From contig JAPMXV010000016.1 of assembly GCA_026936335.1 (NCBI GenBank), positions 248,001 through 312,000 of the forward strand: a stretch of 64,000 nt of DNA. The letters run 5' to 3'. The position numbers and the translations under genes are program-made. The stretch comes from Mantamonas sphyraenae STR306. Taxonomy: Eukaryota > Protista > CRuMs. This document shows positions 1-14,498 of the stretch, piece after piece. A model generated the notes under the pieces. That model worked only from the letters and a program-made list of their open reading frames with translations, made no database searches and was not told where the DNA came from. How positions within the stretch are numbered: position 1 is the stretch's first letter; each line of letters starts with the position of its first letter.

Positions 1-1516
1 GGCCCACTCGCCCGAGGTGGCCGTTAAGAATGTGGCTCTGTCGTGTGTGTCTGCGCTGTGTGGTGCGCAGGAGGAGCTGGAGGACGTGAGTGGCATTGTA
101 GAGGTGGTGCGTGAGGCAAGCCAATCGGTGGGGTTGCGCCACGAGTGTGCACAGGTGTTGCTGGCACTGGCAGGTGCACACGCACGACACATGGCAGGGT
201 GTTGGGAGCAGTGGCATCCGTTGGTGGACGACACCATGGCAAACGACGACCAAACAGTGCGCCTGAACAGCATGCGCATTGCAGAGGCCTTTGCCGAACA
301 CGGCAGTCCCGACGTGCACATGTGGGCGTACATGCTCACCACGTGGGTGACCCAACGGCTGCAGGACAGCTTCCATGCCGTACGCGTCGCTGCCCTGTCC
401 TGCTGTGCGCACCTGGACGCGGACATGTACGCGGCCCTGGACACCGAGCTGGTGGAACTGTGTCAACAGGCTGCCCTGGGTGAGGTGTCACACAGCAAAC
501 CTGCTGTGCGTGTGGCTGCATGCAGGCTGTTGGGTGTGCTGGTGTGTCTTGCGGCAGGCGGAGTCCGTGGCGGTGAGGAGATTGCCGGCGCCGAGTTTGT
601 GCACCGGGCAACGGAGGCGTTGTACGAGGCATTGAAGGACAGCAACGCGGCAGTACGCATGCGTGCGTGCTGGGCACTGGCTGGATTGTGTGACGTGGAG
701 GCGTATGTGGGTGACGAAGAGGCAGAGGGACGGGTGGAGGAGTTGTGCCGGTTGAGCACGATGATGGTGGAAGTGGTGCGAAAGGACGTGGAAAAGGTGC
801 GTGCAAACGCATGTCGCACGCTTGGCAATCTGATGGCGCACGCAGGCCCTGGGTTTGGTGGACAGGAGGCGTTTGATGAGGTGGCAGAGGCGTTGGTGGG
901 TGCGTGTGCAGGCAAGGGGGTCAAGGTGCGCTGGAACGCAGCGCATGCGTTGGGACACGCGTTGGCAAACGTCCAAAGTGGCTGGATGGAGAAGTCATGG
1001 CGAGCGGAGGCGATCGGTGCTCTGTGCACGCTGGTGGCAGGGGAGAAGAACTACAAAGTGCGCATCAACGCGGTGAGTGCGTTGGGCAGCGTGCCGGACA
1101 AGAATGGGTATGGTGATGAGTACGCAGAGGTGCTGTGCCTGCTGATTGAGGCCCGGAAGGCGGTGGAAGGGGAGCGAGTGGACGTGAAGGAGTACAGGTA
1201 CAAGGCGTCGCTGCTGGACGCGATGCTGGAGGCGTTTGCACACGTGGTGCAGATGAGCAGGCGGATGGACTTTCAGGGCGAGCTGCAGGAGGTGATGGTG
1301 CGTGAGGGCGAATATGTGGTGGGGATGCTGGAGGAGCGGGAACGGAAACATGGCCTTGTGCTGGATCTGTACAACTCGGTGCTCGAACTCTACGAGAGCA
1401 AGATGAAGGGCACGCTGACAATGAGTCTGCTGCAGCGTCTGCAGGACAAGGTGAGTGGGGAGGACGGTAGTCTGGACGGCAGCTTCACGAGCACGAGCAG
1501 CGGCATGGCAGAATGA
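1..1516 (+). CDS. HEATR6: HEAT-repeat protein, HEATR6-like (5'-partial; frame is open from the window start)
   Basis: Serial HEAT motifs (AVRVAACRLLG, AVRMRACWALA, KVRANACRTLGNL, KVRWNAAHALG, NYKVRINAVSALG..P...YG) match the C-terminal half of HEATR6; TGA stop at 1514-1516. Confidence 0.75.
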   Translation, partial: AHSPEVAVKNVALSCVSALCGAQEELEDVSGIVEVVREASQSVGLRHECAQVLLALAGAHARHMAGCWEQWHPLVDDTMANDDQTVRLNSMRIAEAFAEHGSPDVHMWAYMLTTWVTQRLQDSFHAVRVAALSCCAHLDADMYAALDTELVELCQQAALGEVSHSKPAVRVAACRLLGVLVCLAAGGVRGGEEIAGAEFVHRATEALYEALKDSNAAVRMRACWALAGLCDVEAYVGDEEAEGRVEELCRLSTMMVEVVRKDVEKVRANACRTLGNLMAHAGPGFGGQEAFDEVAEALVGACAGKGVKVRWNAAHALGHALANVQSGWMEKSWRAEAIGALCTLVAGEKNYKVRINAVSALGSVPDKNGYGDEYAEVLCLLIEARKAVEGERVDVKEYRYKASLLDAMLEAFAHVVQMSRRMDFQGELQEVMVREGEYVVGMLEERERKHGLVLDLYNSVLELYESKMKGTLTMSLLQRLQDKVSGEDGSLDGSFTSTSSGMAE

Positions 1517-1528
1517 ACGGCATTTCAT

Positions 1529-4880
<3,352 letters not shown>

Positions 4881-4957
4881 CTCTGTTGGCGCAGCAGGTG
4901 CATTCTTCATTGACACAATCTCACCACCCCACACACCACCCCACCTTCCGTCTCCAA

Positions 4958-7900
4958 TCATCCACTGAGTTCGTTCAGCAGCTCGCCGAACCGTTCGTGG
5001 AGGCTGTTCATCCACTCGAGGAGAAGGCGCGCGTCAAATTCCGACGCACGCACGCGGCACGCCCGCTTGCTCCACAGCGCAGATAGACGTCCGTTTGCAC
5101 TGGCCACACGCACCAACGGCTCCATGTGCACCAGGAACAGCGTTGTAAAGTACACCAGGTACAGCTCGCCGCTGGCCAGCGTCAAACTCGTCACCACTGC
5201 GCGCTGCTCCTTGTCCAACAGGCCAGCAAAGCCGTCGTGCCACCATGCCTTGATCAGTAGGCGCAAACAAACGCCCTGGTTGGCAAATGCATGCGCAATC
5301 GTCGCATGCTGCAGCTCCACCAGCCACTGCACCAGTCCTGCACATCGGTCCACATCCACTCCGAGCATTTCTGCGTGTGCCATGTCACTTCCGTGCTCCT
5401 CGCCCCCACACAGCACCCGAACAACGGCCGTCGCGGGCACATCGCTGCTCAGCAGTGTGTGAACCATGCGTGTGCGGGCCACGCCGTCGCTGCGCACACG
5501 GGCAAGCATCACCAGAGGCTCTTCCCACTGTGCATCCTGTTCTGCACTCTGTCCGCTGTCTCTATCCCCATCCTTGTCGCTCCCTCCCACGCGTCGCTCG
5601 TCCACACACGCCAGCAGCTTTGCCCGCTGACTGGAACACTCGTCGCGAACGCGCACCTCCTCCGCATCCTTCTCCACATCCTGAAGTTCACCACTGTCTC
5701 CATCCTCCCCACCCATGGGCACCCACTGTACACCTTGATCCTCCCACGCGTCGGCATCGCCGTAGTTGCGGAACCATTCGGCCGCAAGTTGCTCAGCGGG
5801 GTCGACCACGTTCAGGCGCCGATCCAATTCCTGAAGCCGCGCGTGCACATCGTACTCACCTGCCAACCGCATGGAAAAGGAAACAGATGTGGCTAGGCAT
5901 GCCAGGAGGATGTTCATGGCCACCCGTTGCTCCGTGTACAGATCGGTGGTCTCCTGCAACGCCTCGTCGTCTGGTAGCAGCACTGTCAACACAAAGTCAC
6001 ACATGATGGGTGGTAACGTGTTGGAGTGCACCCCTTCGGCAAGCACAAGCATGGTGGCCACCGCCTCTTCGTGCGGATGCACCTCCAATGCTTCCAGCTC
6101 CTCGTGCAGGGTGTCGGCAACTTTGTCCGCAAACCCTCCTTCGTACATGAGTAAACACGCATCCTCTTCGCTCAGTACACTTGTGAGTGCGTTGTACAGG
6201 TTGCGCTTGCCACGCAACCGCCTCTCGGTGCGTTCGTACACCATTTGCAGACTGTTCACCGCCGTGTGCAAATGCCCATGTTCGCGCAACTGCGTCAGAC
6301 CCGACGATGTGTGCAGCAAACTGCACATGGTGTGTTGCAACGCACGCAGCCACACAATGCTCCACGCTGCACTGCTCTCCTGCACCTGCTTGTACAGCAT
6401 GCAGAACCTATTCACAAACCCCGTGCTGGCCAGCAACGCCATGCTCACGCTCGACTGAGCAATGTGCTGCAGGGCACCCGAGCAGCTTTGAAGCACAGCA
6501 AACGCAGTTCTGGATGCCTGCTCGTCACTCTCCATCCCGTGGGCCATTCCGGTCAACATGGCTTGCAACGACCCACACAGACAATGCAGCAGCAGATGCG
6601 CACGCCAATGCGCGTTCTTGGTGCTTTCGCGCCACGAGGGCATATCCAGGTCGTCGTCGTCGCTGTCGTCCGAGGAGAGCGACGACGAGTCGGAAAACTG
6701 GTCTTCCGTCAGCACAATAGTGAGCAGGCCCGGACCGTTGCACACGGCACACAACACCTCGCAGAATGCATGCAAACAGTGGAGCGCAAAGGTATCGTCG
6801 TGAACCTGAGCACACACATCAATGAGCTTGGCACATGTGGTGAGGAGCAGGCGCAACGGCGCAGCCTGTGTGAGTGCTGCAGCATTCGATGCGTGCTGCT
6901 GCACCATTTCCGTCAGCCGCATGCGTACGACATCTACCAGCGCCATACGCATGTGCAATGGCACAGACGACGTTTGGTTAGGAGCCATGAGTTGCAGCAG
7001 CAGGAGGAGGGTGCCCTGCAGATCAAGCTGCACATCCAGTGTCGTCGACTCCACCGGAAACAATACGCGCGCCTCCGCATACCGTGTCAGCATGCCCATG
7101 ATGGATGCACAGCTGATTGTGTGGCTGGTGTGCAACAGGACTGTCGGCAGAGCGCGAGAGTGTGCCGTGTCCCGTGACGAGGCACTCGATCGCGCCGCGC
7201 TGCCACTCCCATCCGTAAACGCCGTGTTGGGACTGTCGTTGCTAAACTGGGAATGCGAGCGTGCAGTGTGCCTGGAACGAGAGCGGCTGCCAGCGTCGAT
7301 GTGAATCAATTCGGCGTCGTCGACCTCGTCCACATCGGCCACCACGGCGCTGCTGCCGGGACGCGACTGCAGCTGATGCGCACGTGCACTGCTCTTGACG
7401 TTGACTTGCATGCCCAATGGCGCAACTACGTCGCCTGCGTTGCCATTGCCGACGTTGGGCATGTGCCACAGCTGCGAGTGAAGCACAATGCGTTGAGCAA
7501 AGACAGCAGCTGCGCCTGTTTCCAGCATGCTGTGCAACACCGCACTACGCCACTGTTTGCCCGACACCCAGGACATGAGCCATTCGGCACGCGGGTCAAA
7601 CAGAGCCAGGTACTGGGCAGGCGAGGCGAGGGCATCGTCGCCCGGTTGCATCGCCAGCAACTCAAAGGTGCTCTCAAACAACGCCGCCGCCAGCTGTTCC
7701 GGCACATACACCCACTGCTTGGGAAGTTGTCGTTGCATCTGGTTGACCAGACGGAACTGTTGGAGCACAGGACCGCTGAGCCACGTGTGGCCCTCCTCCA
7801 GCGAGTGATCGTGTGGCGCCACCAGCGTTTCGGCCAGCGGATTGCGACCGAGAAACACATCGACGAGGTGGCTGACCAGCATGTGGTACACCTGAGCACC

Positions 7901-9047
7901 AGCCACAGCCGCCTCCGAGGTGAAGACGTTGCGAAGCATTCTCAACGCAGGCACGCGTACACGAGGATCACGATGGCCCAACACATGCTTCAACCCCTTC
8001 TGAAGCTCCGGCCAGTATTCTGTACAAGCAATGTCCGCGCTACTAAACTTGGACAGCGTCTGCATGGCCGTCACACGCGCCTCCAATTTGCCTCGTTGCA
8101 ACGTGCCGGCAATGCTCCGCAGCTCCTCAAACGGAGGCAGCGACGCCAGCGAGAATGCACTGAAGCCACCCTCGCTGCTCGCCGACCCGGAGTACGGCGA
8201 CAGTGCCGTGCGACGTCGCCAGCCGCCGGCAAACAACGAATCTTCTTCGCCGCCGCCTGCTCCTGCGCCGGGCACAGAGCCATTGGGCGACACAACCTCG
8301 TGCGAGGCAGGCGTCCAACGAGAGGACACCAAATGGTCGACGCCATCGCGCGTGCTGCCGATCAGCTCGCTGTGCAGTCGCGAGTACGCGCTGCTCTCCT
8401 GAACGTCCTGCAGAGCCGCACTTTGCAGCTCCTCCATGTGTTGAATAATGATTTCTGCGGGCGAAGACCGGGGCAACAGCGGGTGGTTGGAAGGAAGGTG
8501 GGTGTGTGTGGATTGGGCAGGGCCGATCGATGTCAGCACACGAGAATGGGCCAAAAAGGTTGGCAAGCGGGCCTGCAACGGACCTTGTTCCGTTTTGTGC
8601 GGCTCTTCGTCCATCTTGCGTTGCACATGTCGATCCCAGGCCGCCTCGATGACTGAATCCAGGGCATCGGCCATGCGAGAGCGCACAAAGCGAACAAAAG
8701 AGTATTTCTGCGCGTGTGTGCAAGGATTGAACAGAAAACGGCGTCAGCACAACGTTCTTGGACTCCACACACACACATGGACACACAGACACACGCACAT
8801 GATACCGTGGGTCGCGTTCCTCCAGGTGAAGGAGCTCGTGCTCCATTCTGCCGTCGATGTCGTCGTCTTCGTCGTCCGAGTCGCTCGACGATGCACTTCC
8901 GGGCGAGGTGGGCGAGACGGTGTCGCCCAGGGCGGCAAAACTGCTCCCCTGCGGGCTGCTGTCCGCTTCCATGCCGTAGTACTCGTGATAGGACAGGCGC
9001 GCATCTACCGCTGCCACCAGCTGGTTGATCTTGTTTGCCACGTCCAT
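4958..9047 (-). CDS. TBC1D32: Protein broad-minded / TBC1D32 (ciliary regulator); introns 8798-8708 and 8583-8455
   Basis: The spliced N-terminus [12 protein letters not shown]|[12 protein letters not shown] and later [46 protein letters not shown] parallel the remembered human BROMI motifs ([52 protein letters not shown]); TBC-like C-terminus. Confidence 0.8.
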
Positions 9048-9121
9048 GGCACGCCAGCCGTCGTCGTTGGCTGCGCTGTCGCCTGCAGCCAAACTCTCTC
9101 TCGCAGCAGCACTCAGGAAAG

Positions 9122-9638
9122 ATGGTTGGTGACACATTTCCACACTTCTTCCCACACCCACCCACCCACACATCCACCCACACATCTCTCTGACACCTTT
9201 TCCGCCGTGCGCAGAGCAAGCACCACGACGATCTCATCTTGTGCCGCAAGCAGCCGGGGATTGCGGTGGGCCGCCTGTGCGAGAAGTGTAAGTGAAACGC
9301 GCTGTCGTCTCCCGTCATGCTGCATGTCACGCAGCGAGTGTGTGTGTTGGGAGGCTAACACGGATGGTGGTGATCGGGTGGTGAGCGCAGGCGACGGAAA
9401 GTGCCCCATTTGCGATTCGCTGGTCAACCCGTCTGTGCTCGTGCACATCTGTGATGACTGTAACTACGGCTCCAACGAGGGCAGGTGCATTGTGTGCGGA
9501 CACAAGGGGGTGTCCGACGCCTATTACTGCAAGGAGTGCGTGTTGCTGGAGGACGACCGCCTCGGCTGCCCGCGCATCGTCAACATCGGCGAAGCCAAGG
9601 CCGACCGCTTCTACCAACAGAAGAATTTCAAACAATAG
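9122..9638 (+). CDS. PHF5A: PHD-finger-like U2 snRNP SF3b subunit PHF5A/Rds3 (exons 9122-9124, 9215-9287, 9391-9638; 107 aa)
   Basis: Spliced product [35 protein letters not shown]...[26 protein letters not shown]...GCPRIVNIG; two GT-AG introns (90 and 103 nt). Confidence 0.93.
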
Positions 9639-9653
9639 ACCCGCCAGTGTTTA

Positions 9654-11105
9654 CTATGCATCCCCGTGCACAGTTGCCGATGCTTGCTTCCACCGCCGCA
9701 GCCACATGACAAGCAACGGGAGAGCAATGGGTCCAAAGAGGGGCAGATACACACCCATCTTGTGCTCGTCGGGCACATACAACTGTGCCAACACACTGGG
9801 GTCGTAGTAGGCGTCGTTGGCAAGAGACAGGGCGGCCACACCGTGGCACACGTCGCGTGAGCCGTCGGTCGTCGCCTGCACCTCGGCAATGGCCCGTTGC
9901 ACACGCGTGGCAATGTGTGCCTCGATGGCCATGTTTGGAATGCTGCGCACGACGTCTGCCAAAGCACGCAGCGTGGAACGGCTGTGTTTGGCCATGGCTT
10001 CGCTCCGCCAGCGACGCAGCTGCTGCAACTCCCACGCCGCAATGCCCCTTTTGGGTGTGTCCAAATGCAGACCCGGCGCTGGAGACGTGTGCCAAGTGGT
10101 GGGAAGGCCCATGGCAGCGCGAAGATGAGACACCCATGCACGCATGGCACCGTGCAGAGCATGTTGCTGTTCCGCCTCCCTGTTGAGAATGTACACGCCG
10201 CCCCAGCGTGGAAGCAGCACAGAGGTTCGCATACGGCCATTGTGGCGCACATACAGCGGCTGTTGTACACTTGCAGGCACGTAGACGACGTAGTTGAGGG
10301 TGGGCCCCCGCGTGTCGGAGCTCTGCACATCCCAGTCGTGCAGTTGCACAAACTCACGCACCTGTGTGTGTTCATACACATGGTCCCCACTGCGTGTCAC
10401 CTGTGCTGCCTTTGCGGATCGCCACCCGCTCATGGCCTTGCTCTGTGCCTCCACTTCCACCCGCACACACAAGGCCGCCTCCACCTGCGCAACCAGTGGT
10501 CGCACATACCTCTCGAGCCAGGGCGTCCAGCTGTGTGCAAACAATGCCGTGCGATTGCTTGCATCCGCGTGCATCATGGTCAGCGACACGGAGTAGCGGG
10601 GTGACAGAGGCAGTGTGTGCCGTTCTGGCCCACGTTTTCCACGCACCACATGCTCCACAAACGCACTGAGCACAGCATGCGTGTGTCCCTGCGACCACAA
10701 AGGCGTGTCTCCATGCATGGACACGCGCATCACAGCCGTGCCATTTGCAAACACCCGAATCGACGCGTCTGCGTTTGTCGCCTCCGAATCCCTCACCTCT
10801 AGCCGGAGCTCGTGGTGCGTTGAGCACGGCTGTGTGCGCACTTGGAATGCGGATTGCATGTGGACGGCCAGAGACCGCGCCACTTTGGCTGAGGACGAGT
10901 GCACACAGAGCACGCCGCGCGTGTCGACGTCCACACGCAACGCATCGAGTGTATCCAGGGGTAGAGGAGTGTGGGGCACGCTCACCAGATGCCACCACAC
11001 CGGAATGGCCAACACAACAAAGACGGTGACCAATGCAATGACCCCGTCCTTCTCCTCCTGCTGGATAGGCAGGTCCACCAAAGCAGGAGTCTTCCTCCGC
11101 CACAT
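9654..11105 (-). CDS. PIGS: GPI transamidase component PIG-S/Gpi17
   Basis: N-terminal TM ending in IPVWW, LNYVVYVP, LLPRWGGVYILN, and the C-terminal signature AYYDPSVLAQLYVPDEHKMGVYLPLFGP followed by a TM. Confidence 0.92.
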   Translation of the reverse strand: MWRRKTPALVDLPIQQEEKDGVIALVTVFVVLAIPVWWHLVSVPHTPLPLDTLDALRVDVDTRGVLCVHSSSAKVARSLAVHMQSAFQVRTQPCSTHHELRLEVRDSEATNADASIRVFANGTAVMRVSMHGDTPLWSQGHTHAVLSAFVEHVVRGKRGPERHTLPLSPRYSVSLTMMHADASNRTALFAHSWTPWLERYVRPLVAQVEAALCVRVEVEAQSKAMSGWRSAKAAQVTRSGDHVYEHTQVREFVQLHDWDVQSSDTRGPTLNYVVYVPASVQQPLYVRHNGRMRTSVLLPRWGGVYILNREAEQQHALHGAMRAWVSHLRAAMGLPTTWHTSPAPGLHLDTPKRGIAAWELQQLRRWRSEAMAKHSRSTLRALADVVRSIPNMAIEAHIATRVQRAIAEVQATTDGSRDVCHGVAALSLANDAYYDPSVLAQLYVPDEHKMGVYLPLFGPIALPLLVMWLRRWKQASATVHGDA

Positions 11106-11161
11106 CCTGAAAATTGCGCTGACTCACCCAGAGCAATCACCCAGGCGCATACACGCTCACC

Positions 11162-12007
11162 ATGTCCGACGACCTCAAGGCACCGCTCATGCAGTCGCAG
11201 GACCCCGAGCAGCAGCCTGAGGAGCAGCTGCCGGCACACACACAAAGATCGTCGCGTAGCTCGCGCCGAAGCGGCGCCGGTGTCGTCATCCATGACGAAC
11301 CAGACCCGTACGCAGCCCAGCGAGCTGCAGCCCGTGCGCGTGGAGACGACCGCGGCAGCGGAAAGGGCACCGCCGTCCAAACGTACCGGTTCAAGGGCGA
11401 GCAAACGCTGTGGTTCGGGTTGGCCTTGTCCTGTGTTGTTGCCGCCCTCTGGGAAGTCCAGATGCTGCTGTTTGCACTCAGCTGTCACACATACAACCTG
11501 GACACTGGCATCACTCTCGCGTACACCAGCGGACCCGGTGTCACTGTCAACAACCTCGCTTGTTGGGACCCGACCAAGTGGTTTGACCCGACACACAGCA
11601 ATTTCCTTGGCATTGTGGCCATGCCTCCTGCCTTTCAACCGCTCCTCGGTGCAATCTATCTCTGCTGGATTGTGTTTGCCAGCTACAAAACAGCCGAGGC
11701 TCTGTTGGCACGTGACGTGCGACGCCTGCGAAAGCAGCAAACCACCTTCCTTGCCCTCCTGGTCGTCCAGGTCCAGGCCCTGCTCCTCAACGTCGTCACG
11801 TGGGCCACTGTGCTCCTCAGCGAGCGTGAACTGCAGGATCCCAACGCCCTGTGCCGGCAAACGGCCAACGTGCGCTTCGATTTGTGTGATCATGTCGGCA
11901 ACGGCGTGTACTGGGCATTTTCGCTGCTCCTGATCCTGATCCTCGCCTACCGCATGATAAAACGCACCCAAGACGATCTTTTGCAAGCACGCGTGAATGG
12001 AGATTAA
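11162..12007 (+). CDS. Uncharacterised ~4-TM membrane protein (281 aa)
   Basis: Single ORF filling the gap between PIG-S and the next gene; four hydrophobic segments, Cys-containing loops and a disordered N-terminus. Confidence 0.7.
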   Translation: MSDDLKAPLMQSQDPEQQPEEQLPAHTQRSSRSSRRSGAGVVIHDEPDPYAAQRAAARARGDDRGSGKGTAVQTYRFKGEQTLWFGLALSCVVAALWEVQMLLFALSCHTYNLDTGITLAYTSGPGVTVNNLACWDPTKWFDPTHSNFLGIVAMPPAFQPLLGAIYLCWIVFASYKTAEALLARDVRRLRKQQTTFLALLVVQVQALLLNVVTWATVLLSERELQDPNALCRQTANVRFDLCDHVGNGVYWAFSLLLILILAYRMIKRTQDDLLQARVNGD

Positions 12008-12039
12008 ACTGGGCGGTCGGGTTCACTTGTGCATTGGTG

Positions 12040-12659
12040 TCAAACTCGTGCCCGCTTTCGATCGTTGCCCCACAGCTCACTGTGCTCCTCGAGGCGGTCT
12101 CCGTCTCTACTCTTGCGCTTTTCCGAGTCCCGTGTGTACGTCTTGCGCCTGTGGGTGGTAACCAGTTCGACCATTTCCATGCATTGCGACATCGTCAGCG
12201 GCACACCCGGGTTTGCCTCGGGATCTTCGTCAAACTGGGCCAGGTCGTGGTGTGTCCAGGTGCACTTTTGGCCCTTGACACGAACAAACCGATAGTTGTT
12301 GAGATTCTTGCGCACAGAGTCCCAGCCGATGCGAAAGAGGACCGCCAGCCGCTGCGGGTTGACAATCTTGATCGACCGCGTCCAGCTCTTGGCGCCTCCG
12401 TAATCTCCAGCGTGGCACCAACGTGCACCTCCAAACAGGGTCCCGTGCGGATCGTACGCCAGCATAAGGAACAGCCTTTCAGGGAACGTGTGCAGCCGCT
12501 TGTTTGCTTCGTCCCGAGCAAACAAACCGCGCCTGGCATCCCACGCAGGGTGTTGCGTGGGCAGCTGCATCTCAGCAGACGACGTTCCCCGTGCTCGGCC
12601 TGTTCCTTTTCCCGATGGCGACTGTCCTGCACCCAGCTGCGCCTGTGCCGAGTCGACAC

Positions 12660-12691
<32 letters not shown>

Positions 12692-14498
12692 ACTGTGTTT
12701 TCCGCAGAAAGCAGCTGGTACTGCATCAACAGGTGCATGCGCGACCATTCTGGGTCTTGCCTGCGTGTGCACGAGCCCTCGGGCGTTGGTTTGGCATCCA
12801 CCACGTCCATGCGGTCGCCGTCGAGCTGTGGCCGAGCTTCGCGAAGGACTCGTTCGCGTGCAGAGTGGGTGCTGTGCCATGCGGCAAGCCGTGCGCTGGG
12901 CAAGTTTGGCATCGAGTTGCGTCGTGTGTGTCTGCGCGACGACGGCAGATGCGTTTCCCGCACCCGCGCGTGCTGCAGTTCTTCCACGAGTGACTCGCTA
13001 CCGGTGCCACACACGTCACTCTCCACTACCAACGAGTCCTCCCCTTCACGCATGCGCTGCGTCGCTCGGTAGTGCTTCAGCGCCATGTGCTCCTCGTGCG
13101 TATGGACCATGCGCCAAGGATCGTCCTCGGCATCCAGGGCACGCACATTGGCAGCTCCTAGCAATCGTTCCACAAACTGGTTCACCGAATGGCAGGTGTG
13201 GTTGCCCCACACGTACTGCTCGCCCGTCAGGAAGATATTGCCCGACGGCAAAACAATGCCAACCTCCGTCACATGCCCGTGTGCGCACCAAACCATCTCG
13301 CCCGCTCTCAACTGACGCCACGCAAGCAGTTCGCTCACTTCTACCTCTTGCCCCTCCTGGCATACTGCAGCTACGTGCGGCAACGGCGTTCCACCGCGCC
13401 GCCTCGCCACAGACTGTCCATCCCGCAGTGTGCTCGTCGACGACACCGACGTCAAGGTCGACACGCCGTCGCTGTCTTCGTCCGTGTCACCCATCGTCTC
13501 ATCCAGCTCACGTTCAGTCGCACTCGTCGACACGGACGACAGGTTCATGAGGCGTGGCCGTTCCAGGCTCACCTCGCCGCCATTCGCTGGCTCGAATGAC
13601 ATGATTGCGAAATCATCTTCTTTGTACTGCTTGGGTGTCCATGTGATGCTGGATCCCGACAGCATGGTCAGCTGTACGTCGCCTTTGCCGTCGTTCAGTT
13701 TGCTCAGGTCCTGCAACGTCGCAAACCTTCCACCACGTTGCCACATGCGCCACCGCCGCTCTCCCCTCTTTGTCTGATCTGTGGGTGTGCGCTGCGTCCA
13801 CTGGGATTGCGTCGCCACCTCACGAGACGACCGTGCTTCGACGCGCGGACTGGACGTCGAAAGTCCCAGCATCAGCGCCGCCACCGCCGCATCCTGCCTC
13901 TGCTGCTGTTGCTGCTGCTCCACGTCCATGTGGGATTCCGCAACGCGGTCCAACAGATCTTTACCAGCCATCAGGCGCTGCCATACGACGTCATGTGCCA
14001 AGCTCCGCTCTGTACAGCCAGACGTTATCCAAATGGACCCTCCCGGGTGAGCTTCCACACAAATTCTCGTTCGGGAAACTTCCGTTTCCGGGCCCTCCCT
14101 CTCGTCCCCCACTCACCTTGGTTTTCTCCGAGAATATGTGCAAGCTCTCTAGGTTCGTCGCGAACAAAGTGGTCTCGCGCGAAAGCCGAACCCCCCTTGT
14201 TCAGGAAGCCCCAGTTAGCCAGGTTTTTGCGAAGTCCATCCCGTCCAATTCCAAATAGTTCCGCCAACACCTTGCTGTCGACAATCTCAAACGTCCGCTC
14301 GTCTACCCACTTCACTGCTTCGTACTTGCTGCCCTCGGGGTCTTCATTCAAGATGCAGTACAGTCTCAGGAAAAAGGGCCTCAGTTTTCCTGCTCGCTCA
14401 TTCGAGCCTTCCTTCGTCCGCGTGTGCGCGTACAATCCTCGCCGCGGGTCCCAGTGTGGGTGTTCCGCCTCGACACTTGCCCTCATACTCTCTTGCAT
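12040..14498 (-). CDS. Two divergent HSF-type DNA-binding domains flanking a RAMA-like domain (exons 14498-14117, 14009-12040)
   Basis: HSF-like motifs PFFLRLYCIL..VKW..TFEIVD..LRKNLANWGF..F..DHFVRD and FPERLFLML..ARW..IKIVNP..VRKNLNNYRF..W.HHDL; the GTGAGT..TACAG intron 14116-14010 joins the two ORFs in frame. Confidence 0.72.
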
